Part shown: positions 1 through 13,939 of the stretch, piece by piece
Position numbering within the stretch: the stretch's first letter is position 1
How the letters are laid out: every line of letters starts with the position of its first letter
Assembly: GCF_963921235.1 (NCBI RefSeq)
Contig: NC_086107.1
Span: forward strand, 111,662,001 to 111,726,000
Direction: 5' to 3'
Origin: Mobula hypostoma
Lineage: Eukaryota
Length of the DNA stretch: 64,000 bases
Translations under genes and position numbers: made by a program
The notes under the pieces: model-generated
Told to the model about the DNA's origin: nothing
Database searches by the model: none
What the model saw: the letters and a program-made list of their open reading frames with translations, nothing else

Positions 1-1948
1 AAAAGAAGAGCTTATGAAAGGTTCAAAAAACTAGGTAATGATAGAGATCCATAAAATTATAAGGCTAGCAGGAAGGAGCTTAAGAAAGAAATTAGGAGAG
101 CCAGAAGGGGCCATGAGAAGGCCTTGTGGACAGGATTGAGGAAAACCCCAAGGCATTCTACAAATATGTAAAGAGCAAGAGGATAAGATCTGAGAGAACA
201 GGACCAATCAAGTGTGACAGTGGAAAAGTGTGAATGGAACGGGAGGAGATAGCAAAAGTACTTCATGAGTACTTTGCTTCAGTATTCACTACAGGAAAGG
301 ATCTTGGTGATTGTAGGGATGACTTACAGCAGACTGAAAAGTTTGAGCATGTAGATATTAAGAAAGGGGATGTGCTGGAGCTTTTGGAAAGCATCAGGAT
401 GGATGAGTCACCGGAACCAGATGAAATGTACCCCAAGCTACTGTGGAAGGCGAGGGAGGAGATTGCTGAGCCTCTGGCGATGATCTCTGCATCATCAATG
501 GGGACGGGAGAGGTTCCGGAGGATTGGAGAGTTGTGGATGTTGTTTGATTATTCAAGAAAGGGGGTAGAGATAGCCCAGGAAATTGTAGACCAGTGAGTC
601 TTACTTCAGTGGTTGGTAATTTGATGGAGAAGATCCTGAGATCCTAGTGGAGAGGCATAATATGATTAGGAATAGTCAGCATGGCTTTGTGAAAGGCAGG
701 TCGTGCCTTACGAGACTGATTGAATTTGTTGAGGATGTGACTAAACGTGTTGATGAAGGTAAAGCAGTAGATGCAGTGTATATGGATTTCAGCAAGGCAT
801 TCGAGAAGGTACCCCATGCAAGGCTTATTGAGAAAGTAAGGAGGGACGGGATCCAAGGGGACATTGCTTTCTGGATCCAGAACTGGCTTGCCCACAGAAG
901 GCAAAGAGTGGTTGTAGATGATTCATAAAGGTCGGACACCAGTGATGTGCCTCAGGGATCTGTTCTGGGACGCCTACTCCGTGATTTTTATAGATGATCT
1001 GGATAAGGAAGTGAAGGGATGGGTTAGTAAATTTGCTGATGACACAAAGGTTGGGGGTGTTGTGGATAGTGTGGAGGGCTGTCAGAGGTTACAACGGGAT
1101 ATTGATAGAATGCAAAACTGGGCTGAGGAGTGCCAGATAGAGTTCAACCGAGATAAGTGTGAGGTGGTTCATTTTAGTGCATCAAATATGATGACAGAAT
1201 ATAGTATTAATGATAAGACTCTTGGCATTGTGGAGGATCAGAGGGATCTTGGGATCCGAGTCCATAGGACACTCAAAGCTGCTGTGCAGGTTGACTCTGT
1301 GGTTAAGAAGACATACGGTGTATAGGCCTTCCTCAATCGTGGGATTGAGTTTAAGAGCTGAGAGGTAATGTTGCAGCTATGTAGGACCCTGGTCAGACCC
1401 CACTTGGAGTACTGTGCTCAGTTCCAGTCGCCTCACTACAGGAAGTATGTGGAAACCATAGAAAAGGTGCAGAGGAGATTTACAAGGATGTTGCCTGGAT
1501 TGGGGAGCATGCTTTATGAGAATAGATTGAGTGAACTCGGTCATTTTTCCTTGGAGCGACGGAGGGTGAGAGGTGATCTGATAGAGGTGATAGATGATGA
1601 GAGGCATTGATCGTGTGGATAGTCAGAGGCTTTTTCCCAGGGATGAAATGGCTAGCACAAGAGGGTACAGTTTTAAGGTGCTTGGAAGTAGGTACAGAGG
1701 AGATGTCAGCAGTAAGTTTTTTACGCAGAGAGTGGTGAGTGCGTGAAGTGGGCTGCCAGTGACGGCGGTGGAGGTGGATACGATAGGGTCTTTTATGAGA
1801 CTCCTGGATATGTACATGGAGCTTAGAAAAATAGAGGGCTATGGGTAACCCTAGGTAACATTGAAGGTAAGGACATGTTCAGCACAGCTTTGTGGGCTGA
1901 AGGACCTGTATTGTGCTGTAGGTTTTGTACATTTCTATGTTTCTATCT
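1..1948 (+). mobile_element. CR1-clade LINE, ORF2/RT 3' part, degenerate (frameshifts, internal deletion near 643)
   Basis: Fragments QHGFVKGRSCLT, VYMDFSKAF, SKFADDTKVGG and LVRPHLEYC; ends in an ATGTTTCT-like 3' tail. Confidence 0.9.
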
Positions 1949-1952
1949 AGAT

Positions 1953-2232
1953 CAGGAGTCTAGCGAGAAAAGAGCATGGTCTTGGTAATGAGAATCTTTG
2001 ATGGTGGATGCTGCTTTCCTATGATAGCGTTTCATGTGGATGTACTCAATGGTTGGGAGGGCTCCACCCATTATGTTCTTTGCTGAATCCATTACCTTTT
2101 GTAGGATTTTCCATTCAAGGGCATTGGCGTTCCCATACCAGGCCGTAGAACAGCCAGTCAATTCACTTTCCACCACACGTCTATAGAAGTTTGTCAATAT
2201 TTTTCATGTCATGCCAAATCTCCGCAGCTTTT
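1953..2232 (-). mobile_element. Rex1/Babar LINE 3' fragment
   Basis: FYRRVVESELTGCSTAWYGN...RKAASTIKD...HALFSL, the same C-terminus as the element at 59850-61818. Confidence 0.75.
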
Positions 2233-3883
2233 GCCATTGGAGTGTAACATAAACAGAAGTCAAACTCCAGTGTTATTATTTGGTCTTAGTGACAGCTTTA
2301 AAGTTTGTTTTCATATTTCAGTGGTGAGTAGCAACTGTACTTTGCTCTACAGCCAGCAGGGTGTATTCTCTTTGAAACAGGGATAAATGAGTAATTTATT
2401 GAGATTGAGGGTCGTGGTAAACGTGTAATGTGAACTGCTAACAGCACAGTTGGTAACTACTTCTAAAAATGCTGATTGCTGCTTGGAATGAGATGCCAGA
2501 ACTGACAAATCAGTGGCTGCATTTAAAAGATTTAACATATTCTAATGTAAAAACCTTCTTGCGTCTTCTGTGTTAAACTTGGGGTGTACTGCAGATTATA
2601 TATCCTGGTGTCCATTATCAATTCTGCATACTCAGAGATAATTGACTAGACTTGGGCGACATGCACAAAATGCTGGAAAAACTCTGCAATTGAGGCGGCA
2701 TCAATGGAGCTGAATAAACAGATGATTTTACGGGCTGAGACTCTTCTTCGAGATCCTTCATCTCGGCCTGAAACATCAACCGTTTATTCCTCTCCATAGA
2801 TGCTGTCTGGTTTGCTGAGTTCCTCCAGCATATTGTATGCGTTGATCAAGATTTCCAGCATCTGCAGAATCTCTTCTGTTTATAATTAAACTTAAGCTTT
2901 GATCAACCATCTTCCTCCTTACTTGTTGCAGGGAGAGATATTCAGTTCAGAGACCTTCTGGAAAGGGTTGATGTTAAACTGGGTGAAGTTTACCCAAAAT
3001 GAACAACCATCAAGGAGCTTCCACCCAAGAAATGCATAGAAGATGGCGTGGGGAGGAAAATTAATCGAATAAATAACCATACTGAAAATTCTCTAGGGAG
3101 AGAGGGAACATGTGGCTTGTCAAATGTCGGTTGAAATGCGAAGCCTTTGGGGTAACTTTGATCTGTGTCTTTGCTATTGCTTAGCACACGCTTGGGCTCG
3201 GTGATGGTACCGATGAGCATTTTTTTGGGGGGAGGGGGTGATCGTTGCTTGCTGCCGCTCACGCACGGGAGGGGGAAGCTGGGGGGGACTTTAGGGTTCT
3301 CACGTTTAACTGCCATTCATTCATTTGGGCACCTCTCTGTTTTCGTGGACGTTTGCAAAGAAAAAGCATTTCAGGATGTATATTGTATACCTTTCTCTGA
3401 CTTTAAATTTAACCGTTGAGCCTTTGAACAAGGAGTGCATAATAATTGAGCATGCTGACTGAAACATGGAAAAATACATCCAACCTCAACCTTCAAAGAC
3501 CACCCTTCAAAAGCAAGGCCTTACTCGGAGAAGCCGTTCTTTCCTGGTTTTTTCAAGGATCAATTTTGCAATGTAAAATAGTTGAAGTGTGGTACAAATT
3601 CCTCCACAACTGATTCAATTTTGCCTCTGTCTAAATTGGGTAAACAGAGAAAATATAGTTCTATATTCTCCCCTCATTCAAAAAACAATATCCACACTCC
3701 ATCGCACTCTCTTAGTCTCCTAGCAACAGTCATTTCAGTTCTGCACTCTGATGTCTGAACCTCTTTTATGAGACCACTGCTCAACTTCAACAGCATAATT
3801 AAAAACCTCACACCAGACATTCTCTCCTCTCCCCTCCCCAATGGGTAGAAAATACAAAGGCTTGAAAGCAGGTCCACTAGGTT

Positions 3884-4306
3884 CAAGCAACACACATCAA
3901 AGTTGCTGGTGAACGCAGCAGGCCAAGCAGCATCTATAGGAAGAGGTGCAGTCGACGTTTCAGGCCGAGACCCTTCGTCAGGACTAATTGAAGGAAGAAT
4001 GAGTAAGGGATTTGAAAGCTGGAGGGGGAGGGGGAGATCCAAAATGATAGGAGAAGACAGGAGGGGGAGGGATGGAGCCAAGAGCTGGACAGGTGATTGG
4101 CAAAAGGGATATGAGAGGATCATGGGACAGGAGGCCCAGGGAGAAGGAAAAGGGGGAGGGGGGGAAACCCAGAGGATGGGCAAGGGGTATAGTCAGAGGG
4201 ACAGAGGGAGAAAAAGGAGAGAGAGAGAAAGAATGTGTGTATAAAAATAAATAACGGATGGGGTACGAGGGGGAGGTGGGGCCTAGCGGAAGTTAGAGAA
4301 GTCAAT
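3884..4306 (-). mobile_element. Penelope-like element (PLE) terminal fragment with minimal hammerhead motif
   Basis: Same family as 17930, 39182, 44895 and 49596; minus strand reads AGTC-CTGACGA-AGGGTCTCGGCCT-GAAACGTC-GACT at 3950-3985. Confidence 0.75.
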
Positions 4307-4945
4307 CAAGACGCAGGTGTCCAACCTGGTGAGACAAAGGAGGGGCCAGGCCCGGAGTCATCCCTATAGTGCCCGGAACCTCCAAGTGTTGCAAACTAAT
4401 CTCTCGAACATGAAGTCTAACAGGAGGTGGATCAAATGGCCTGCAGCTAACATGACTTCACTGTGGAAGCAGTTTGATGAAGATGTTAACCAAATTCTGG
4501 AGGCAACGGCGAAGGGAGGGGTTGACAGGAAGCTGCAAGCCATGACAACAATTATTGTTAGCATCGAGCGAGGTGTCTCCCAGTGGAGGGTGGTTGTAGG
4601 GGATTCATAGCCCGTTCTTTAGTTAGAGCCTTCAGCATTTTGGGCATCGAGGGAGAGAGGAAGAGGAGAGCCATCCGCAGTACCACCGATGTGGCAGAGC
4701 GGGCCTCAAGATGGCTGTGGCTCAAAAGAGGGGAGCCATGGAGTCATAAGTAGCTAGCCATCTGGACACAAGCTGGGGTCTGATGTCTGATCAGCCCCGG
4801 CTGGGTCACCTGGAGGAGGTTGTGTGATGTTGAAAGACCCGAAACACCCGCTGATTCCAGGAACATCACTGAAGACGTGTCCAGAAGCATCAACAGACGT
4901 ACGTACACAGGGAGGTATAGAATGAGCTGAACTCTCTTCGATAAC
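4307..4945 (+). mobile_element. R2/Hero-like non-LTR retrotransposon, internally deleted
   Basis: IKWPAAN...WKQFDEDV..ILE (pre-RT) joined directly to the C-terminal AERASRWLWLKR segment and a 3' UTR; family assignment is from recalled motifs. Confidence 0.55.
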
Positions 4946-5430
4946 ATCAGGGTCAGGATCAGGTTTAATATAACAGGCATATGTTGTGAAATTTGTTGTT
5001 TTTGCAGCAGCAGTACAATGCAATATATGATAAATATATATATAAATGAATTATAGTAATTATATACAGTATGTATAATCAATAGTTAAGTTAATAATAT
5101 GTAGAGCAAAAACAATAAAAAGGTAGTGAGGTAGTGTTCATGGGTTCAATGTCCATGCAGAAATCGGATGGCAGAGGGGAGGGAGCTGTTCCTGAATCGC
5201 TGAGTGTGTGCCTTCAGGATCCAGCACCTCCTTCCTGATGTAACAATGAGAAGAGGGCATGTCCTGGGTGGCGGGGGTTCTCAATGATAGACACTGCCTT
5301 CCTGAGGCTCTGCTTCTTGGAGTTGTCTTGGATACTGTGGAGGCTGGTGCCAACGACAGAGATGACTAATTTTACAACTTTCTGCAACTTACTTCAATCT
5401 TGTGCAGTAGTCCCCCCCCCCCACACACCC
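4946..5430 (-). mobile_element. Rex1 LINE 3' fragment
   Basis: (CTGATT/CTGATC)n-type tail and HALFSLL-type coding remnant. Confidence 0.7.
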
Positions 5431-5827
5431 CAATACGAGACCATAATACTTTGCCTATTGGAGGCAGGATGTTTTCGGAAATGTGTAAACCCAATTCAAA
5501 CTTCCCATCTGAATTGCTACATTCATACACCTCAGGAACAATACTTAGTACATGCACCCAAACATGTCCTGTTAACTCAATACCAACCCTTGCTCTCAGA
5601 TGTGTGAGGGCCATAGTCATGATCATTGTCTTTGAATCTTACTGGGTTGTCTTGCAGCTAGAACTCAGCTAAAACTGAGCACTATCTGTGTAATTCTAGC
5701 TACTGTGCCGTCTCCAATGGTCATTTCACATGCTTATGCCTTTAACATCTCATCTCAGTTTCCGTGTGAACTTAATCTTTGTGAAAAATTATCTCCTAAA
5801 ATGTGTTCCTTGTTAACTTGAGCCTTT

Positions 5828-6462
5828 AGAAACATAGAAACATAGAAAATAGGTGCAGGAGTAGGTCATTTGGCCCTTCGAGACTGCAACGCCATTTATT
5901 ATGATCATGGCTGATCATCCAACTCGGAACCCTGTACCTGCCTTCTCTCCATACCCCCTGATCCCTTTAGCCACAAGGGCCATATCTAACTCCCTCTTAA
6001 ATATAGCCAATGAACTGGCCTCAACTGTCTCCTGTGGCAGAGAATTCCACAGATTCACCATGCTCTGTGTGAAGAAGTTTTTCCTCATCTCGGTCCTAAA
6101 AGGCTTCCCCTTTATCCTCAGACTGTGACCCCTCGTTCTGGACTTCCCCAACATCGGGAAAAATCTTCCTGCATCTAGCCTCTACAATCCCTTTAGAATT
6201 TTATACGTTTCAATCAGATCCCCCCCTCAATCTTCTAAATTCCAGAGAGTATAAGCCTAGTCGATCCAGTCTTTCGTCATATGAAAGTCCTGCCATCCCA
6301 GGAATCAATCTGGTGAACCTTCTTTGTACCCCATCTATGGCAATAATGTCTTTCCTCAGATTAGAGGATCAAAACTGCACACAATACTCTAGGTGTGGTC
6401 TCACTAAGGCCTTGTACAACTGCAATCGAACCTCCCTGCTCCTGTACTCGAATCCTCTTGCT
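5828..6462 (-). mobile_element. CR1 LINE 3' fragment, same family as 30106-34080
   Basis: (AGAAACAT)n tail; RTRGHSLRIKGKPFRTEMRKNFFTQ. Confidence 0.85.
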
Positions 6463-6934
6463 AACTATCGACATCTCTACCTCTTCCACTGAGTGACTCT
6501 GAATTCATATCCTGTTCGAACGATTAATGTCTTGGCCATGAGTTTATTGAAATATTCTGGTGTCCAACGGAGTGACTGTGATAAGTGTCAGTTTGGTCGG
6601 ATGAGCTTTGGATTTGATGCATCTTTAATTGTCCGTGACCATTGATGTAAATACTCGGTTATTTCTGCACTGGTGAGTGGCGTGGGCAGGGTTGTCAGTG
6701 TAATTGATACAGTAATGCGGGTTAGTTGGAAGCAGTTTCCAACATGAAACTATGAATGAGGTGATTGTTGAATGGGGATAACAGGGGAATTTGAAGAGTA
6801 GTGGGCCTGTCCAGCAAGCCCTCTCTGGAAGATAGTGGGTCGATGAACTTGTAGCTTGAAATAGTTCTTGACTTAGTAATCTAACCATAAATGCCATCCC
6901 ATTTGATTTTATACCAAGGTGACGGGCGCTGCCT

Positions 6935-7228
6935 AGGTACTGTAGTGGTTAACACGATGTTATTATAGCTCGGGGTGTTGGAATTTGGAGTTCAATTCCA
7001 ATGGCATCTGTAAGGAGTCTGTATATCCTCCCTGTGGAACGCATGGGCTTTCCCCAGGTCATCCGGTTTCCTCCCACAGTCCGAAGACGTACAGATCAGT
7101 AGGCTAATTGGTCATTGTAAATTGTCCCGCGATTAAGCTAGGGTTAAGTCAGGGGTTGCTGTGTGGCACAGCTCGAAGGGCCGGAAGGGACCATGCTGCA
7201 CTATATATCTCTATAAATAAATAAATAT
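6935..7228 (+). mobile_element. tRNA-derived SINE (related copies near 10535, 19765, 26100 and 27930 on +; 22740 and 23690 on -)
   Basis: A-box-like GTAGTGGTTA, B-box-like GGAGTTCAATTCC, conserved GGTTTCCTCCCACAGTCC core, (TAAA)n tail. Confidence 0.7.
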
Positions 7229-7415
7229 AAAAGATAAAGCCATTGAATGTAAATAAGCAATTCAAACATGGACAGAAATGGTTTCAGTAGCTGTTTCCTT
7301 TCAATTTTGAGAGGTTTGGTATGGGATGGGTGGGCTACTGCAGAAGAAGGAAGCTGCGGAGGATTGTAAAGAACTCCATCATGGGTACTAGCCTCTGCAG
7401 TATCCAAGACATCTA

Positions 7416-8062
7416 AGAAATTAGATTATGAGGACACGCAATCCTCATTTATTGTCATTTAGTAATGCATGCATTAAGAAATTATACAATGTTTTTCCAG
7501 AATGATATCACAGAAACACATGACAAACCGACTTAAAAACTAACAAAAACCACATAATTATAACATATAGTTACAAAAGTGCAAAACAATACCGTAATTT
7601 GATAAGAACAGACTATGGCACGGTAAAAGTCTCAAAGTCTCTCGAAAGTCCCATCATCTCACGTAGACGGTAAACCTCCAGCACCGCCAACTTGCCAATG
7701 CAGCATCCTGGAAGCATCCAACCACAGTCCGACTCCGAGTCCGTCCGAAAACTCTGAGCCTCCGACCAGCTCTCCGACACTGAGCACCGAGCACCATCTC
7801 TGCCGAGCGTTTCGACCACGGCTCCGACAACAGGCAATAGGCAAAGCCGAGGATTTGGGGCCATCCCCTCCGGAGATTCTCGATCGCACAGTAGCAGCAG
7901 CAGTGAAGCGGGCATTTCAGAAGTTACTCCAGATGTTCCTCCGTGCCTCTCACGGCTGTCTCCATCAAATCCGGATTGTGTACAGCCCCCTAGTTAACAC
8001 ATACGATATTCATTCGGAACGGCCGCGCGCGCTGTGTCGCGCCACCATCTTCTCCTCCCACT
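7416..8062 (-). repeat. Interspersed non-autonomous repeat inserted in a Rex1 fragment
   Basis: GC/CpG-rich 5' end (GAGAAGATGGTGGCG on - strand) and AT-rich 3' end; splits a Rex1 coding remnant. Confidence 0.45.
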
Positions 8063-11000
8063 TTCGTGCCTCAGGAAGGCAGCATCCATCATTAAGGACC
8101 CCCACCACCCAGGACATGCCCTCTTCTCATTGTTACCATCAGGAAGGAGGTACAGAAGCTTGAAGGCACACACTCAACAGTTCAGGAACAGCTTCTTCCA
8201 CTCTGCCATCTGATTTCTAAATGGACATTGAACCCACGAACACTACCTTACTATTTTTTTTATTCCTGATTGTGCATTAACTATCTAATATTTATATATA
8301 CAGTACATACACTGACTGTAATTCACAGATTTTTGTCTCTCTATTATTGTCATGTATTGCATTTTAATGCTGCTGCACAGTTAACAGATTTTACAACATA
8401 TGCTGGTGATATTAAACCTGATTCTGATTCTAATTTTGAGATCTTAGGACTAAGTAACAAATTTGTCTTCTTGGACACTAAACTGCACTTTTCTCCTGGG
8501 ATTAAATATGAGGACTTTGACTTGATGAATAACGCAATCCACCTCTGACTTAAACCTTGTGTGGTCATGGTGACCTTCCCGTTAGTAACTGATTTGACTG
8601 ATTCCATATTTGAATGGACTGAGCAAACCAGGTATGGGATTTGATATTTCAATTTTACAGAAGGTACCTGTGCCTTCATACTATGCAAAGCAGACTGCAG
8701 CAGAGTTGATATAGAGGAAAGAACCAGAAAGAACCAGACTTGTACAGTAACCAGGTGCTATTGGTTAACCATAACAATCAGCTAGTTATGAACCAAACCG
8801 ATTGCTTCGAATTACAAACATCAGATCTCCAGACCTGATATCCAAGAAGAAAGAATAGATGATTAAGCTAGTCCTTAAAGGATCTACCTCTCATTTGATT
8901 TGAAAGGACAACACTTGTCCTCAGATGTACAATCCTCAGCTTGTCTTCTGTTTGAATGTATAACCCTTGTTTAGAGAGACTCAGAACCAGATTCTTGCCC
9001 ACAAGTCGAAGTATTCCTTCCACATTCACTCTCTGAAACTTTCAGGATTTTGTGTTCCAAATCAGTGCCCATTCACTCTTGATTTCAATGTATCTGAGAA
9101 AGGACTGGTTGAGTATGTACCAGCCTGGTAACATCAACTGCAAATGAATAGACTGCAAAGTGATAATTTGGTACATTTACTAATATGAAGGGGCAATGTT
9201 TTAAGGTGATTCAAGGAAAGTATAGTGGTGGGGAGGGGGGGAATTGGATGTCAGGAGTAATTTTTTTTGCACCAAGAGTTGTGGGTGCATGGAGCACCCT
9301 GCCAATGGTGATGGTATAGGCAGGTACGTTAGGGCTGGGGTCCATGGACCCCTTTGGTTAATGGCATTGGTCCATGACTTTAAAAAGGTTGGGAACCCCT
9401 GTATTCGGGGCATTTAAGAAACTCTTGGATAGGCACATGGATGATAGAAAAATAGAGGCTATGTAAGGGGGAAGGGTTAAATTGATCTTAGAGCAGGTTA
9501 GAATAGGCCCACATTGTGGGCCAAAGGGTCTGCATTGTGATGTAATGTTCTTACCAAGGCTCTCCATCGGTCAGAGTCAACCATGGATGCCTACGTGATA
9601 CACAGGCCAGGGCAGTATGATGTGGAGAGCAACTGCTGCCCAAACAGCAGGCTCCCCCTCTCCACACCGCTGATGAATCCAAAGGAACGGCAGAGACTGA
9701 TACAGTTTGGCACCAGGGGTGTCGCAGGAGTTTCCAGTCAGTGGTGAACTCAATGTAGGACGGCCTTAGGGACTCCAGCAACAAGCTTTTCCACAAGGGA
9801 ATCTGCAGATGCTGGAATTTCAAGCAACACACACAAAAAATGCTCAGGACGAAGGGTCGACTGTACCTCTTCCTATAGATGCTGCCTGGCCTGCTGCGTT
9901 CACCAGCATTTTTTGTGTGTGATTCCAGGCTTTCCCTTGGGATTTACCTCCAAAGCTTTCCCCATGAGTAGGTATAGCCGCAAGGCAGCGAAGGTTTGAG
10001 ATCAGAGTTTTCCTTCTCCTGACAAGCCCCATCTGCCTAAAGTGACTGGTTTTGAGGTGGCAGTAACCCATCTTTGCCCCTTCTCCTGTTAGTAGAAAAT
10101 ATTCCACTGGGCTTACTAAACCACACGTAAAGGCCAGGAGCTGGGCTTGTGATATTGTATATTCTTTATAAGGGATACAAGTGTTAGTGAGATTTGGATA
10201 AATTTCTGGAAAGAGAGAATTATCCATGAGGCTAAAGTCGTTAGAGCTCTTCTTTGAAGAACTGAGGCATGATACAGATCCTAGGGGCCACAATGGTAGA
10301 CGTCCAGATGGTTCCAATAGTGGATCATCAGTCACAAGCAAGGGGTTGTCCATTAAAACCTGAGTTTAGATGAATCTGCTTCTCATAGAGGGTGGGGAAT
10401 ATCTAGAATGTTCTAGCCCAGAGGAATTACGGAAGTTAGAACAATGGAGTAGTTAAGGAGTAAGGAGATCAATTTTTGAAAAAATTGTAATGGAGGGCCA
10501 CATGAAACTGGTACTAACAGCTTGACATCTGGAGCACCATGGTAGCCTAGCGGTTAGCGTGATGCTGTTCCAGCTCGGGCATCAGAATGTGGAGTTCAAT
10601 TCCAATGTTATCTGTAAGGAGTTGTACATTCCCCGGGTGCTCCAGTTTCCTCCACATTCCAAAGATGTACCGGCTAGTAGGTTAATTGGTGATTGCAAGT
10701 TGATTACCTAGGATTAAATCAGGTGTTACTGGGCAGCATAGATTGAAAGGGCAGAAGGGCCTGTTCCATGTTGATCTCTAAATAAATAAACATCTAGGTA
10801 GATCAGGCACAATCGGTATTAATGGTGGGGTAGGCCTGGGGCCAGGTAACCGGACTCCTGCTCCTGTTTCCTTGTGGAGTGTTTGTTCTATTTTTAGATG
10901 AGGGGAAGGAATGCACTTTATGGTGGTAGCAACAAGTTGAGTATGGTGGAAGTTAGGATGCTCTGCTGAAATTTGAGGCAGATGGAGCGGAAGGCAAGGG

Positions 11001-11469
11001 CAGGAGGAACGCTTGCTCTAGATGGAAATGTGGCAGGGTAAAAGATCAGGAAGTGGAAGCGATTGGGGTGAGAGTTCTGTAAACTGGATGTCGATGGTGA
11101 AAATGAGCTGGATGGGATGAGGAAATTGGAAACTTGCAAAGCAGCAGAGATGTGAAAATTATCTCAGATTTAATTGGGAAGAGTCTAGAGAAATGGATAG
11201 AAAATGGAGTCAAGATAGGATTAGAAATTCTGTGGGCTAAGAGAGCAAGCAATGGAAATGGATCTTAGTGGAGGAGATAGAACTGGCCAGTGTGTAGCTG
11301 GAGATTATGAAGATGTCAACAGTGAAGGAAAGACTTCCTCAGGAATTAAGTCAGAAAGCATCTAGGAGATGCTAAGCTGATGTTTGCAGGCAGGATCATG
11401 GTCCGAAAGGAAATACATGATCCTATACAGTCCCTAACAACAATCTACTTTCCCTGAAAAGTCTATGAG

Positions 11470-11630
11470 TTTGATGTTGTGGTGTTCACCGAGTTTGGCA
11501 ATTAGCTTGCAGACATTTCATCACCAGTCGAGGTGGCATCCTCAGTGCACAGTTGTTGGTGTTTCTCGCTGGGAGTGCTCGCGTTTATATAGGCCCCCAT
11601 TCGCTTGCCTCAGTCCTGATCGACTACCGC
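11470..11630 (-). mobile_element. PLE family 2 terminal fragment with hammerhead-like core
   Basis: Minus strand TGCA-CTGAGGA-TGCCAC...GTGAT-GAAA-TGTC-TGCA at 11508-11549; homologous to 38540-38630. Confidence 0.55.
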
Positions 11631-12039
11631 TTCATTTGACCTTTGAATTCCATTTGGCAAAAGAAACGTGAGCCGGAATAAAGAGTTGACACTTCGGATG
11701 AGTCCTGCTGAAGGGTCTCAGCTTGAAACTTCGACTTTTTACTCCTCTCCATAGATGCTGCCTGACCTGCTGAGTTCCTCCAGTACTTTGCGTGTGTTTC
11801 TCAAGAGTTCTGATGAAGCGTCTCGGCCCAAAACGTCAACTGTTTATTCTTTTCCATAGATGAAGCCTGGCCCACTGAGCTCCTCCAGCGTTTGTGTATT
11901 ATTTCAGTCTGAAGACATTTTCTATACCGCTCGGAAAATTTCCGTCCTTTATACAAACATTCTGTCATGTGACAGTCCTTCTTGACACTGACAAGTTACT
12001 ACAACTCTCTGAAAGAAGCTTTAGTTATACTGTTTAATG

Positions 12040-12445
12040 CACAACCTGCTCCAACCTTATGGCATGAACATTAACTTCTCCTGGTAATTTTTAAATGTTT
12101 CTCTTTTTATTTGTTTGCCCTCCTCCTTCCTCCTTCTTCTATTTCCCATGCTTGCCTCTTTCCTCCTCCGCACACCTGCCTATCACCTCCCCCTGGTGCC
12201 TCTCCTTCTTCCCTTTCTCCCATAGTTCACTCTCTATCAGATCCCTTCTCCTCCAGCCCTTGACTTTTCCCACCCGCCTATCTTCACCTATCACCTTTCA
12301 GCTTGTCCTCCTTCCCCCTCCACCCACCTTGTTATTCTGGTAGCTTCCCCCTTCTTTCTCAGTCCTGAAGAAGGGTCTTGGCCTGAAACGTTGACTATCT
12401 ATTCATTTCCATAGATGCTGCCTGACCTGCTAAGTTCCTCCAGAT
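12040..12445 (+). mobile_element. PLE terminal fragment with minimal hammerhead motif
   Basis: AGTC-CTGAAGA-AGGGTCTTGGCCT-GAAACGTT-GACT at 12361-12396 after a pyrimidine-rich tract. Confidence 0.65.
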
Positions 12446-13599
12446 CTAACCACACTAACTTAGTAGACAATCTTTCCACTTTTTCAGGTGTGATGCAATC
12501 CTTGGTTAGCAATGCCACTCCTCCTGCTCTTTTACCTCCCTTCCTGATCCCTTTTGAAACATCTGAACCCCAGAACATCCCGCAGCCACTCCTATCCTTG
12601 CAACAGCTAGACCCCTGTAACTTTCAGTGTTAAACTAATTAGGTTCTTGCTGGCCTACCTCTGAAAACTTTTGTTATACTTTTCCCATAGCAGTTCTGCA
12701 CGGTACCACTTTGATTTTTTGGACATCATGCGTCCACTTCTCAATGACTGGCCAAAGGTGACAAGTGGTACCACCTCACCACATGCCTCTGACGTGGTTC
12801 CTTTGTATTTTTGCCGAATCATATCATTATATCTAGTTCAAGTCAGACACGGGCTCAGAACAGTCCAGCTCACCGATGCGGACTAGTCATCTTTAAGCTG
12901 ATGTTGATTCTTCAGCCTTATCAAAGAGCATCCTACAAGTAACTTATTTGGACATGATCTCTGACTAGAAGATTAGGACCTTAATTATGCCCCCTTTTAC
13001 CCAGAAAGAGTTAATTCAGAAAGCTCCTTCCACCAGCTGGCGACAACTAAGACTTTTGTTTTGTCTACTCGTGCACTGTCCTTGACTTTTTCCAGCTAGC
13101 GATTCTGCGGATTTTTTTTACTTCTCCAAGCCAACACACAGGTTGTTTCATCCATCTCTCCAATAGTTCATTCGAAAAGTCACACAGAGCTCTTGCTTGG
13201 TTTGAACAATGGATGTTGCATAGCAACCTTGGAAAGTTTACCTCAGAATCTATCTTATTCCGTTGTCCCCTTATTGTTCACCTGCTCTGCACTTTTTCTG
13301 TAGCTGTTACACTTTATTTTGCCTTCTGTTATTGCCTTACCTTGTTCTACTTCAATGCACTGTGTAATGATTTGATGTTATGAATAGTATGCAAGACAAG
13401 CTTTTCGCTCTATGTCAGTGCATCTGATGATAATAAACCATTTCCAACTTAGAATAAATGTAAATATCATAATATTGCTCCTAAAGTTGCAATTTCTAAG
13501 GAAGAAAACAAGAAAATACTCTCAGATGTAAAGCCATAGAGGACAGCCAAAGGTGGGCACATCACAGAACCTAATTTTCCAGAACTTCAGTTTTTGCAA

Positions 13600-13761
13600 A
13601 CTCCTGATTGGCTCCTTGACACCTTGATTTGATGTTCCACTTTCCCCCTATTTTCCATTGGTTATGGATCCATGAGCAGCTCCTAATTGGCTACCAGGGA
13701 ATGTCAATCATCATGGTGAGGTCAACCCTCACTATCCTGCAGGCTGATCTAGCAGTATAAG
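13600..13761 (+). promoter_or_regulatory. Ferritin A promoter: three inverted CCAAT boxes plus TATA
   Basis: ATTGG at 13607, 13657 and 13686; TATAAG at 13756-13761; blocks GGAATGTCAATCATC and TGCAGGCTGATC.AGCAGTATAAG are shared with the gene B promoter. Confidence 0.7.
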
Positions 13762-13837
13762 TACGAGGAACTGAGGAGGGAAGGTTCTTCAGCAGCTTCC
13801 CCAGGTGAGAGCGAGTTGTAGTTGTCCACTGAACAGG

Positions 13838-13939
13838 ATGGCTTCCCAAGTCTGTCAGAATTTCCACAAGGAATGTGAAGATGCAGTCAACAGGCAGATT
13901 AACATGGAGCTCTATTCCTCCTATGTTTATCTCTCCATG
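13838..13939 (+). CDS. Ferritin A (heavy/middle-type subunit, 176 aa) exon 1
   Basis: [34 protein letters not shown], then GTGAGT donor. Confidence 0.95.
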
